NCBI RefSeq assembly: GCF_964204645.1
Contig: NC_134025.1
Span: 19,071,101 to 19,135,100 of the forward strand
Origin: Tubulanus polymorphus
Taxonomy: Eukaryota; Animalia; Nemertea
Length of the DNA stretch: 64,000 nucleotides
Direction: 5' to 3'
Part shown: positions 1 through 11,792 of the stretch, one piece after another
Layout: every line of letters begins with the position of its first letter
Numbering within the stretch: the stretch's first letter is position 1
Translations under genes and position numbers: made by a program
The notes under the pieces: generated by a model
Database searches by the model: none
Told to the model about the DNA's origin: nothing
The model's input: only the letters and a program-made list of their open reading frames with translations

Positions 1-332
1 AACATCGATCTAGTGGGACATCGCTCACCTCGGATATTTTTCCACGGTCCCCAGAGATCCTAGGTAACCGGAGTCTAGTATATTATGAGATTTTAACTTG
101 TCTTAATATTTGATAATTATTAGCCCTGTCATAAGATACATCTCCTGACATGGAATTGGGATCACATAATTCTTTGGTCTTGCCACCAGGGGGAGTTAAA
201 TATTGAATAGTATATAATTTGTCTACTTATATTGGTACCTATGCATATTTTGTAATTGCAAAGTTGTAGCTAATTGAGAATCATTTGATTGCCGACCAAT
301 CACAAGCTAGTAATTGTCACTTAAATTTACCT

Positions 333-2758
333 TGTCACGGCAGTTGAAATTTCGGGATTTTACTGGTAAATTACTGTTCATAGTAACATACTGGTCACTC
401 TCAGTAGAAACCGGAAAATGGTTGGATATATCTGTTCCCATAAGATCCAAAGATTAGACGTAAGACTGATATTCACCAGCGCAAACGGTAACCAACTTGG
501 CACGAACTCTTAACACCTTTTGGGAAATGTTTGGACTATGATAATATGATTTTCACGGGAGCAGCACATCGACCTATCCTATAGAAATACATTTTGAGAT
601 AATCAACGAATAGGATTTAGTTTAGGACATCACGGTAGCTCTAAAACATAGGGAATTTTGTTAAGATCAGACTTCGACACGTCGCATTCCGAGCGAGATA
701 CGAAATAAAGAACAAGATCTTCATAACGAATTTCTGCCGCTTGCATTACATTTTGTGGTTGAGGATACCTAGTGGTTTCACGAAGGATCTATTAACGAAG
801 TTTGGTTTATGTGCTAGAATGTATCTGCCTTTAAACAGTGCAATTCACCATTTCGTACCGACGACGCTGACTTACTACAGTTATACATTCATCAGAGCGA
901 GCTGTGGCTTCATCATATCATTTCATATCACCCATTAAATTCATTTTTAAGCCGAATTTCCGAACCCTACCACTCAGGACCCAGTTCCACGCGACCCAAG
1001 ATTTGTTGGATGTCGAAACACAGGCCAGGTGCCCCGGTCCCCCAAGCCCAAGTTTCAATGCAGGCCCCTGTTGCTGACGAATATGAAGAGGTTCAACAAA
1101 GATGGCATCTTCCAGGTGGTTGACAACATCATTGCCAGCGGGATCGACTTAAACCGACTACTGCGCATGATCAGGATCGTGCAGAGAACGCCTCAAACAG
1201 ACCCTCATCTGACAACCACCACAGCTGCCCCTGCAGCCGTTAGCCAAAACCCCTCCCACGACACAACAACCTTCATCGCAGGACACAACCAGGCCTACTG
1301 AAGATGCAGCAGCTGCCAACGCCTAGATCGAAATGCAAATGGCGCCACAGACTAGTAGATACGTTTACGGTGATCAGCTAAAACAAATTGAAGCACCTTC
1401 GATCCAAGCTAATGACCATTCATCGCCAGGAACCCATGACTAATCAACCTTCGTTTCAAAATACTGCGACTAATCAACCTTCGTTTCAGCAAACCTCATC
1501 TCAGAAAGTACCAGCGGCCCAGATTACACCTACTGTTGATATTACGGATAAACATCCCAAACTAGGCCGACAACCAGATATTTTTACAAGTGAATGACCA
1601 AACAAAACCTATTAAAACTAAAATTGACAACAGAACCAAGCTTTCCGGACTTCACGTAACCATTTGTTTTACAAACCGACGCAGGTGGAACCGGTATTGG
1701 CATGGTTGTGACTCAAATCCAAGATGGGGTTGAAAGGGTGATTGGGTATGCCGGTCGTGCACTCGCTATGCAAAACCAGATCAGAACTATGGAAACGCGG
1801 AACGTGAATGCTCAGCTCTCGTTAAAGGAGTTTGGTACATCAAACCGTATCTCCATAGGGTAGTTCTCTAAACGTGGAAAACGGAATGACGGAAACGGAA
1901 TGGCGGAGGGAGTATCTATGAAGGCGGAACGGCGGAGAAGCCTAGAATTCGGTTGCGGATTCTGCAGAAAACACATATTTATATTATACTGAACCTGGAT
2001 TTTACTGCACGCGGTAGACCTAGCCCCGCGTGTATCAGCCGGCGCGTGTTTCAGTACGATACTCGTCAGGATAAAGCCAATAATTGAGTGTAGGCCCTTA
2101 ACCTCATTACAAGTAAATAGGCCTACCAATCTCGTGAATATCCGCTCATTAGTAGTGACTAGCCTATATACGCTATGCAGACAAACTTTCCTCCATAAAT
2201 ATGCAAAGACTGACAAAATACTTTCCAAAAAAATATTTTATTCCTCAACCGAGCCGAGAATGATTCAAGGACTACATATAGAGTTATTTACAAATCAAAA
2301 CAACACAAAATACGTAGCTGGTACCAGTATGAGTAATCAATAGTACGAAATTCAATGTAGCGTAATTTAAAGGAATTCGATGGAATATCAAAATTGCAAG
2401 GATTAAATTAAACTGTATAGAGTCAAAAATCAGTGGAAGATAAACCCACTACATAAAAGAATTTATCAAAGGATTAAAAACAGAATTGTTTAACTGATCA
2501 AAATTGTGTGAATCTTTATATTTTGATTGATTAATTAAGTTTTTCATTAGCGGGTTTGATCCACTGTGTGATGTTTGTAGCTATAAGCTTATATAACAGA
2601 TGCATGACTGTATGTATCTTACTTTGTGCTGTCGCGTTGATGAGGTATTAAAAATACAAGCGATTCTGCCATTTCGCCTTCATAGATACTCCCTCCGCTA
2701 TTCCGTTTCCGTCATCCCGTGTTTAGAGAACTACCATCTCCATAGTCGTCGTTTCACA
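333..2758 (+). mobile_element. Degenerate Ty3/Gypsy LTR retrotransposon fragment (gag-like region plus RNase H), interrupted by a MULE-like insertion
   Basis: 1642-1858 reads FPDFT*PFVLQTDAGGTGIGMVVTQIQDGVERVIGYAGRAL...QNYGNAERECSALVKGVWYIKPYL (Ty3/Gypsy RNase H) and resumes after the insertion as (PYL)HSRRFT. The 5' boundary (TGTCAC at 333) is uncertain. Confidence 0.75.
1859..2735. mobile_element. Non-autonomous Mutator-like (MULE) TIR element with 10-bp TSD
   Basis: Imperfect ~75-bp TIRs (GGTAGTTCTCTAAAC...GGAGGGAGTATCTATGAAGGCG, reverse complement ending GTTTAGAGAACTACC). TSD ATCTCCATAG at 1849-1858 and 2736-2745. Removing the element restores the Gypsy frame. Confidence 0.85.
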
Positions 2759-3950
2759 TGTGAGTGGACAACTCGGCTGTCGGTTAAAAAACCGAAAGGC
2801 CGACTAGCGGCAACTGAGATACAGATCAAAAATAAATGCCGACATTGTTCACAAGTCAAACCACGTTCGTAATAACGCAGATGGCCTGTGACTCTGTCCG
2901 TATCCGGAGTTAAATGCTATCGGTAGTTTACCGCAAATTTCTCATGCCGATTTGAAAACGGCACATGAGAGTGATACGACCATCCGACCACGAGTTACTG
3001 ATCCCTATCGACGGACAAGGACACTTGCACCTGGCTGCCATAGAGTGAGTCAGGTCACTCGTTGACTTTAGGGGCCGTGCGGGTTGATTCATCCTGGCTG
3101 CTCAAGAATAAAGTTCTATTACATGGATTTCTGTCTTCCTTGTTATATTGTAAGCGTCAGACATGGTGTCAGAAGAGGGATCGGTATTCCCGCGAAAGCC
3201 ATAGTAGTATAGCAGCTCAGAAATAGAAACCAGGTTGTCATCATATTCCCCAACGTCAAGTGCTATTACAATGACAATAGCTGGACTACGTAAACCGAAC
3301 CCTCTATCCTTCGAAGGAAACATCGCTGAAAATTGGAGAGTGTTCGAGCGTGAGTACGACATTTTTTTATTGTCGCTGAGTATGGAGACAACCCAAACGC
3401 TGTCAAGGCAGCGATACTACTGAACTTAGCAGGCTCGGATACCAATGAAAGAGAGCGTACATTTCACCACGCCGCAGCTGTACCAGGGAGGCCAGATCCT
3501 GCTGGAGGAGATTTTCTGGCGTTCCTGCAGAGTCGCGATGACCCAGCCATTTTAAACGTAACTTTGCCGAACTCGGCAACCCTCGCACTAATGTGATATT
3601 GGAGCGTTTCTAGTTCAATTCTCGTAGTCAAGGGGAGAATGCATCGTTCACAAGGTTCTTGTCCGATCTCAAGCCAATTCGGAGATCTGTGAGATTAGAT
3701 GATCAGAGAAAGAATTGCGACAGGCCTTCATCGCGACAATGTTCGGAAAATCCTTTTACGCAAAACAGATCTTGCTCTTTGTCGGTGCCGTATGCTTTTG
3801 TCAGATACATGAAGTCTACGAGAAAGATGCAATGGAGATGAACCTGGACAAAACCAGGGACGTTAACACAATACGAAAACGCGCAAATATCTGAGAAACG
3901 ACAACGCTCGTCATTCTAAGCCGATGAATACGTCGCGTAACTCGGGTGTT
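2759..3950 (+). mobile_element. Second Ty3/Gypsy element: 5' LTR (2759-3163), tRNA-Leu PBS, degenerate gag
   Basis: TG...CA segment containing AATAAA, directly followed by TGGTGTCAGAAGAGGGAT (3164-3181; complement of the tRNA-Leu 3' end, 1 mismatch). gag start AGLRKPNPLSFEGNIAENWRVFEREYDIF; frameshifted and 3'-truncated. Confidence 0.8.
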
Positions 3951-5452
3951 ACTAAAACTACGCATGACTAAAACGAAGAACCTCACAATCTTGGTCTAAC
4001 GTTACAACTATTGATCGTATCTTCATATCATAATATTATACTACATACATCTACATACTATTTTACAAATCCATTACGTAACTTTAGGCCTTAAAGTTAG
4101 AAAATACAAAATATCGGACTTACCTAAAATAATAACACACATATAAGGCACGAGATGATTTCTGAATGACGAACTGCTTTATTTTGCGACCAAGTCGAGA
4201 ATGACCAGTAGGACCAAACCGGTTTATGTCCCCTGGTCACTCCAGACTTGGACCCATCCAGCAATCCCTTGTCCTGATTGGATGCATGTCAAGTCCTAGC
4301 AAAAGTTGGGGGTAGAAGGTCCACATAGAAATGCGCAAATTAAAAATTCCCGTGAAAACAGAAAGGTGGCAGTCAGTATGCCAACTGAGCAACAGATGTC
4401 AAATTCTTGGTCAAAATATCAATTCGATGCTCAGTCAAGCAAAAGGCACGCTGTCTCCAGTTTATGACAAGAACGAACAAGAATATATTATATGTTTGAG
4501 TTATAAATGCGTGAAGATACATGAAAAATATTATGTTATCTTTTAATTCAGCGGATCTAATTTTACAGTTATCATAGAATTCTAACAACTGTTTTATTTA
4601 GCTATAAATTGAAAAAGAAAATAAATCTGAAATCATAATAATTGATTTAATATTCTGTTGATTTTTATATATTAGATGTAATTAATTTAATACCTTACTT
4701 TCACTCATTTTATAGTTAAAATATATAAAATAAATTAAATTAAAAGATGCCGTTTTAATCCTCTAATTCTTTTAAATCATTTACTTTTTTATGATTATTT
4801 CGATGATTGTTTCCATTTAACTTCTTTAACTTTTTACTCAATTTCATATTTTCATTCATCAAATCTTTACTGATATTTTCATAGTGTGATAGACAGAATT
4901 GACATTCACTGACTTTGTTATTTGTGCACGGTCGCGGTCATGGTCATGGTCATAGTTTGCATTCATCTGGATGCATGTTATAACACAATACAATGCACCG
5001 ATTTGCATTCAGAGGGTTTATGAATAACCAGGGAATTTGAACTATTTGGACAAAGGAAATTACATACTGTGACTTAGATTTTTGTATAAAGGTTGGGGGA
5101 TTTTTACATGGTTTGTCATAACATATTTGGTGGTCTTACTGAATAAAGTTATATGATTTAACTGGCTCTCTGCTGTCGTCTGTTTGTTCCCACTGCTATT
5201 GCAGAAGTGTGAAGTGTCATCCACACATAGTAAAAGTAAAGTGCAGCCAAAATTAATCCTCCTGCTATAAGATAATGTTTTATATCACTTTTTCCACTTG
5301 GAATGCTGAAATCATCTATTTATTTAAGAAAAATTAAAAGTAATTTGAAATATCTTATTTTGAATATTTAGAGTTGAATTATTATTTTTGAGTTATGATA
5401 TTTTGATTTAAGATGGTGTGATTTATTGCTTCGAGTATAATATTTTCCACAA

Positions 5453-5941
5453 TTACATAAGCTCTTCATTAGGTTCATATTTAGGTGTTTCGATTTTATT
5501 GTCTAAGTTACATTGAATTCCAACATCTTTGAATGATTTTTCATTTGGAATGTCAGGGGTAAATCTTTTTTCTTCTACTCTGAAAAACATTACATAGCAT
5601 TCTCTGAAAGGGCAATAACGTAAGCGTAAAAATAAAGATTTATGTGAATTCTCATTATTAAAAAGTGATTGCATTTCATCTGTAATTATTAAATGTTTAA
5701 CTATTTCTTCAAATGTTGTGAATTTTGGAATTATTGTATTGAATAAGATTTTATCTTTATCATTCGATAACTCTATTATTAGATAATGATTTTTAAATAT
5801 TAATTCAGTAATATTTTTCACTTGAAAATGGAAACGTGCAGTTTTAATCAAATCTTTAATAGGAATAAAATTTCTAATTGTAAAATATTTTTCTAATTCA
5901 TTTAAATCGATATCTTTGAACTGTAGTATCTGTTCATTCAT
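5453..5941 (-). CDS. Orphan 162-aa protein of the hairpin-ended AT-rich element
   Basis: Uninterrupted 162-codon ORF in very AT-rich DNA, where long ORFs rarely occur by chance; ATG lies in a TATAAATG context; no domain recognised. Confidence 0.5.
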   Translation of the reverse strand: MNEQILQFKDIDLNELEKYFTIRNFIPIKDLIKTARFHFQVKNITELIFKNHYLIIELSNDKDKILFNTIIPKFTTFEEIVKHLIITDEMQSLFNNENSHKSLFLRLRYCPFRECYVMFFRVEEKRFTPDIPNEKSFKDVGIQCNLDNKIETPKYEPNEELM

Positions 5942-6244
5942 TTATAAGTCATTCTTTTATTAAAATTGATATTTTCTTCAACTCGTTAATTACTCGTTAC
6001 TTTTTATATTGAAAATAAAAATTTAACGCATATAAATATAAATATTCACTGTTTTAAATATGAATTATTTCACTCACACTTTTTATGTTAAAAATTGATT
6101 TTTTATCATTCGAAGTCTATATTTGATCTTATTTTTCTAGATTATTATGCTAACATTTTACCCTCACTTAAAACATGAAATTTATTCTAAAATATATGAA
6201 ATTCATTTAAATAATTTAATGTTTATTTATATGAATATTTTAAG

Positions 6245-6358
6245 AGTAATAGGGATAATAGGGGTTCAAGTCAAAGGTGGAATGGCCGAAAAATAAATTC
6301 GAGTGTGCGAGAATTTATTGTTCGACCTTTCGCTTGAACCTCTATTATCCCTATTACT
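6245..6358. repeat. Terminal imperfect palindrome (hairpin), copy 1
   Basis: AGTAATAGGGATAATAGGGGTTCAAG...AATAAATT-loop-AATTTATT...CTTGAACCTCTATTATCCCTATTACT. Confidence 0.9.
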
Positions 6359-7861
6359 CACAATAACCCTTGAGCTAAATCCAAACTGGTAAAAATCTAA
6401 CTGGCAAATCTATAGTCGCCGCTCTTTTTCTTCACCATTTTCACATGCGTATTCCAGGGTGACTGAGAAGGTATGATTAGGTCATTTTGTCGCATCTTCT
6501 GGATCATAACATCCTGCATTTGTCTGATAGGCTAAGGGTAGCTGTAGGCTCGTGATCCCATCGCCTGTATCAATGTCATGCTCGTGACCCGTGGCTTTAC
6601 CAGTCGCAAATAAATCACTATACTCGTTTAACCAAGTCCGTAATTGGTCTTTTTCTCTGAGATACACGATCATTCGAGGGGAAAATCTAATAGCTTCCGA
6701 GAACAGTTAGGGTTTTCTTGCTCCGACCCATTGTGTAGTATTTGCAACGTCGAAGTATTAGTAGTTGCGATGTTCAAATTGGCATTCGTGGGGCATTCGA
6801 AGTCACCGATTGGTGATGAAATACTGTCTCTTTATTCAAAAACGTTGCCTACAACAGTGTTGGACGGCAAAGAAACAGGATTGTCCATTGGATTAGCAAG
6901 GCGATAATATCCTTAACCATCAGAATTTTTCGACAAGCAGCGGGCGCCAGCACATTGCCGAAGCGGCAAGTTAGATACCGGCTCTAAAGCACATCATTGT
7001 GATTCACTACATTACATATTTTAACAGGTATTGTGATTTCGGATTTCGCTGGTATTGTCACTCTGTATACAGTCCTAGCTAATCCATAGTTCCCATCCAA
7101 ATGAAAAACCAAATGTTCGTCTTCAAAAATTGTGAAACTTTTGTTATGAATATTATTTGTGACTCGGTTTACATCAAGAAAGTCGATGCCTAGAATCAGA
7201 GGGTGGTGAAGCTCGGCTAAAACGTAGCATTTGTGTTCAATAATCAAACCATTAAAGGAAAGTGGAATAACCAGAGTACCTACAACGGCGTGTCGCCACC
7301 ACCTCCACCATTGTCGGGATATTAGACGGGCCAAGCGGATTGTCGACTAGGAAAGTTTGATTAATTAGCATTTGAGCTACACAAGAAATAGAGTCACCAG
7401 TGTAGGGCATTTACTTTCTTCTGACCAATGTTTAGTAGAGTCGTGTTTCGATTAAGGGTGGCGGTAAAGGCGTATACAGAATCCTTGTTTTCGATGCGGT
7501 GCCCATCCCTAGGTTTAGACCCATGACAGGCGCATAATTTCAGCGCCGAATCCCTTGTGGACATCTACGGCTGAAGTGACCTATACCCTGACATTTAAAG
7601 GATTTTTTACCCATAGCTGTACAAGTATAACCAACGCAATCAGACTTACCACAATTTAAACAACTATTACTGTGTTGACTGGTACTCGGGCCGGCCGTAT
7701 TGTCGTCGTTGTCTCGGCGGTTGTTGGTCTTGTCTGCTCGGGTTGTAATAATTCGAAAAGCGGTCTTGTCTGAAACCGGGGTGTATCGCTGGTTCAGGAT
7801 TTGGTGTTGCTGCGTTGACTGATAATTGTGGAGTCATCTCTCTCAGGAAATTCTTCAACTC

Positions 7862-8162
7862 TGTCACGACGAGCAGATTATCTGGAATACAAAGTCATTG
7901 AAGTGTACTCGCCATGAACCATGAAGTACTGACGTCTCTCGACCAATAATAGAAATGCATTATTCCGATCGTTTTCCTGTAATCTTTGAACACAATAAAT
8001 GTTAGACCGTACCAAACCTTGTAACTGTAGACACTGCCTTGTTGTCTCTTGAGTTCGTCGCTGGTTTCGTTCGCTGTACGTATTCGTTGGATTCGGATTG
8101 GGTCGTATGTCTCGTCGCTGTTCGCTGTTCGCTGTTCGTCCTTGTAGTTCACAGTCACTACA
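7862..8162 (+). repeat. BEL/Pao 5' LTR
   Basis: Direct repeat of 11478-11792; differs by three substitutions seen by eye and by GCTGTTC copy number (3 vs 5). Confidence 0.95.
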
Positions 8163-8228
8163 TTTTGGTCCCTCGAGCCGGATCCATTCGTCAGAATTTG
8201 AAGAGGGAAGGAAGCAGAATTTCACGAT

Positions 8229-9572
8229 ATGTCAGACTTTGAAGGCTTGAAGGAGCTACGGAAGGTGCAACGTGGTCAATTCACGCGATGGAAAAATAAA
8301 TGTGATGACCATTTGAAAGGAAAAGACGCGGCTCAAGGTATGTCTACCGTTTTCACTCTAAGACATAAATTTTCGAAATTAGAAGAAATAGAAAAAGACT
8401 TGATAAGCGCGTGCGAATTAAGAGGAAAAGATTTGAGTGAATTTATCGTCACGGGAGATGAATATCTGTGTGAGCGTCTTACTGAAATTAACATTCTGGA
8501 ACTAGCTTTTAATCAGTTGTCTGCCAATGTTGCGGACAAAAATTCAGTAACGAACAGTAAGCGTGTATCTTTGCCGAAATTACAGTTACCGAAATTTGCA
8601 GGAGATTTGCTCGAGTGGTGTTCTTTTTGGGATCTATTTAAGTCCACGGTTGACGAGCAAAGAAACTTAAGTCCCGTAGAAAAATTCAGTCACTTGAAAT
8701 GTCACCTGGTAAATGAGGCGAAACAAACTATTGAAGGTTTGCCATTGACCAGTATTAACTATGAAAAGGCGAAAGAACTGCTTGAAAACCGTTTCGGACA
8801 GGCGCATAAAATAACGGAAGCGAATTTGAATCAACTAATTGAATTGAATTCTCCGAATTACAATTTGAAATCTTTGCGCCAATTCTATGATAAGATTGAA
8901 ATGCATATTCGCAGTTTAGACTCTTTAAAAACATCAACCGATTCATATGGCACGCTTCTGGTACCAATTCTATTGAATAAATTGCCGGCAGATATAAAAC
9001 GGAACATTGCACGAGCGCGCGGTAACATTGAGTTGAATCTGGAAGATCTCTGTTCCGCTATATTGACTGAGATAAACATATTAGAAGTTTGCGACACGTC
9101 ACCGGGATCGCCATCATTTGGTACAATGACAACACTCCATGTACATCAAAACCGGAAAAATGCTGGTCACCATGCGAATGGAAATTCCTGCACTGTTCGT
9201 AAATTCAAATGTCATTATTGTAGTTCAGATAGGCATTTTCCGGTTGAGTGCGACGTTCTCACCACAGCACAGTCACGTTTAGATTACGTATTGAAGAACA
9301 AATTATGTTTCAATTGTATGGGTCAGCATACCATGTATACATGTCCTTCAAGGTCAACCTGTAGATCTTGTCGTAAACGCCATCATACCAGCTTACACGG
9401 GGCTAATTTTCCAAGTCGTTTGAATATTAATTCTATTGTAGATAGTTCTCTTACGGACGCCGTTACGCAGCACGTATCTTGTACAGTTTCTGGGTCAAAT
9501 GCAGTTTCTGATTCAAATTTAGAATCAAATCACATCGTTGATAATCATTCGGGATCAACATTCAGTTATTGA
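8229..9572 (+). CDS. gag: BEL/Pao gag (DUF1759-type domain plus Cys/His knuckles)
   Basis: LPKLQLPKFAGDLLEWCSFWDLF...LSPVEKFSHLK motif and CHYC..H...C / CFNCMGQH...C / CRSCRKRHHTSLH knuckles; ends at a premature stop before the protease. Confidence 0.9.
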   Translation: MSDFEGLKELRKVQRGQFTRWKNKCDDHLKGKDAAQGMSTVFTLRHKFSKLEEIEKDLISACELRGKDLSEFIVTGDEYLCERLTEINILELAFNQLSANVADKNSVTNSKRVSLPKLQLPKFAGDLLEWCSFWDLFKSTVDEQRNLSPVEKFSHLKCHLVNEAKQTIEGLPLTSINYEKAKELLENRFGQAHKITEANLNQLIELNSPNYNLKSLRQFYDKIEMHIRSLDSLKTSTDSYGTLLVPILLNKLPADIKRNIARARGNIELNLEDLCSAILTEINILEVCDTSPGSPSFGTMTTLHVHQNRKNAGHHANGNSCTVRKFKCHYCSSDRHFPVECDVLTTAQSRLDYVLKNKLCFNCMGQHTMYTCPSRSTCRSCRKRHHTSLHGANFPSRLNINSIVDSSLTDAVTQHVSCTVSGSNAVSDSNLESNHIVDNHSGSTFSY

Positions 9573-9599
9573 TGATCATATAGTTTCTTATCCATCAAC

Positions 9600-10314
9600 G
9601 GTTTATCTGAAAACTGCTATAGCACCTGGACGCCAACGGAAATCGCGTCAGTGGTCATTTGTTGTTAGACGACGGGTCGCACCGTAGTTTTATTACCTCA
9701 AAATTAGCCGACGAGCTAGGGGTAGATACTCATAGAACTGAGTCTATAGACTTAAGCGGCTTTGGGGGCAGAAGTACCGGTTTCAGAAGAGTCAATGTTG
9801 TTCGCGTAGATGTCGTTTGCGAGTATGATGACTCTCAATTGTTTCGTTAGATGTTATCGTTGTACCGGAGATAACCAGACCACTACGAATTTCTACTGAT
9901 TCTGTTTCTTGTTTAGCTGAATTCAAAACCCTTAAACTCGCTCACCCACCTAGTTATTTAGTGGATTCGTTTGACATATCGTTACTCATAGGTTCCGATA
10001 ATTATTATCGCTTTGTTGTTGATAATGAATTTGTTAAATCTGAAAGTGGTCCGGTTGCTGTTCCATCTAAATTAGGGTATCTCATCGGCGGTCAGTTTAA
10101 CGATCGTAACACGGCAAATTGTAATGTTCATACTCTTTCTATTATAGTTGAGCCTGATATCGCAGATCTTAAGCGTTTTTGGTCATTAGAGACTATTGGT
10201 ATTGATTCTCCAACAAGCCGCGATACTTCGTTTCTAGATGAGTTTTGTAATTCATCCATTCAATTAGTTGATGGTCGATATATGGTTGATTTGCCGTGGA
10301 AAAGAATTCACGAC
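9600..10314 (+). pseudogene. BEL/Pao aspartic protease region (DUF1758-like), disrupted
   Basis: [60 protein letters not shown]; stops and frameshifts. Confidence 0.85.
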
Positions 10315-10318
10315 ACCA

Positions 10319-11415
10319 CAAGATTTCATTGAGATTGTACCTGATCCACCAGTGTTGCCATCGTATAGAGTTGACGAATTACCTGCATTTAGTTACGTTG
10401 GGGTAGACTATTGTGGTCCTCTAGTTGTAAGAGGCGGTATGAAACGCTACATATGTTTGTTTACGTGCGCTGTTTCGCGCGGTGTACATATAGAAATTGT
10501 AAATAGTAATACTACTGAAGACTTTCTCTATGCTTTTAGGAGATTTGTTCCCGACGCTCCGTGCCAAGGATGCTCGTTTCAGATAACGCTTCTACGTTCA
10601 TTGGTGCTTACTCGGAGTTAAAGCAAATTTTCGAAGATTCGAAGATCCACAGACATTTTTCGCAACGGAACGTCGACTGGAAATTCATCACGAAACGGGC
10701 CCCTTGGCACGGGGGCTTCTGGGAGCGTATGATAGGTCTCATAAAATCCTGTTTGAAGAAAGTCTTAGGTAGGTCGTTAGTATCAGATACTGAATTATAC
10801 ACTGTAGCGTGCGAAATTGAGTCGTGTCTGAACGACCGTCCGTTGCTTTATGTTTCTTCTGAACCAGAAGAAAACGAGACTCCATCTCATCAAACGCCAT
10901 CTCATTTGATGCTGGGGAGGCGTATAACCGCTCTTTCTAAACTGTGTCCTATTGATAATCTCGAAGGTGATACAACGTTTTCTCCCGGTTCAGATACTTT
11001 AGCAAAACGTTATTCTTATATTAATAAACTCATTGATTCCTTTTGGCTACGTTGGCAAAAGGAGTACTTGGTAAATCTCCGGGAGTTTCATAGAGTAACA
11101 GGAGATAACAGAGAAATAGCCAAACCGGGTTCAGTTGTAATTATACATGATGATAATGTACCGAGACTTAAATGGAAACTAGGTATCATTGAACACTTAC
11201 ATAAGAGCACTGATGGTCTCGTAAGATCGGCAACAGTTAAAACCGCGAACGGTGTTACAAATAGACCGATTTCAAAATTATTTCCTCTGGAAATTGAAAG
11301 CAATGTATTGAAACCTTCTGTTGTTACTACAAAGGAAATTCCTGATCGAATTCCATCTACACGTAAAGCCGCGTTAGAGGCAAAGGACAAAATTGCTGAA
11401 TTGTTCAAAAATTAG
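10319..11415 (+). pseudogene. BEL/Pao integrase core plus DUF5641-type C-terminus (one frameshift)
   Basis: [67 protein letters not shown]. Confidence 0.9.
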
Positions 11416-11477
11416 TGTATTATTGTATCATATTGTCTTTTCTGAATGTTGTAGTTAGTTTAATTATAGAACCTGAG

Positions 11478-11792
11478 TGTCACGACGAGCAGATTATCTG
11501 GAATACAAAGTCATTGAAGTGTACTCGCCATGAACCATGAAGTACTGACGTCTCTCGACCAATCATAGAAATGCATTATTCCGATCGTTTTCCTGTAATC
11601 TTTGAACACAATAAATGTTAGACCGTACCAAACCTTGTAACTGTAGACACTGCCTTGTTGTCTCTTGAGTTCGTTGCTGGTTTCGTTCGCTGTACGTATT
11701 CGTTGGATTCGGATTGGGTCGTATGTCTCGTCGCTGTTCGCTGTTCGCTGTTCGCTGTTCGCTGTTCGTCCTTGTAGTTCACAGTCACAACA
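11478..11792 (+). repeat. BEL/Pao 3' LTR
   Basis: Direct repeat of 7862-8162 followed by the TSD. Confidence 0.95.

Larger units (their letters stand above)
4590..6358 (-). mobile_element. Very AT-rich terminal fragment of an unclassified (Polinton/virus-like) element ending in a hairpin
   Basis: Sharp AT-rich block. Its end (6058-6358) recurs as the reverse complement at 33633-33945. Terminus reads AGTAATAGGG on the minus strand and abuts a Gypsy RT motif (FTSLDLAQGY). Left boundary approximate. Confidence 0.55.
7862..11792 (+). mobile_element. BEL/Pao LTR retrotransposon with both LTRs, internally deleted (no RT/RNase H)
   Basis: LTRs 7862-8162 and 11478-11792 (TGTCAC...ACA); TSD AACTC at 7857-7861 and 11793-11797; PBS TGGTCCCTCGAGCCGGAT (8166-8183, tRNA-Tyr-like); gag, protease and integrase ORFs. 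Confidence 0.95.

Noticed and set aside
4590-6358. Endogenous parvovirus/densovirus call
   Set aside because: The hairpin is suggestive, but no NS1 helicase, HUH or VP/PLA2 motif is visible, so it is kept only as an alternative hypothesis.
7878-8242. ORFs within the BEL LTRs (also 11511-11906)
   Set aside because: They are incidental frames in duplicated LTR sequence.
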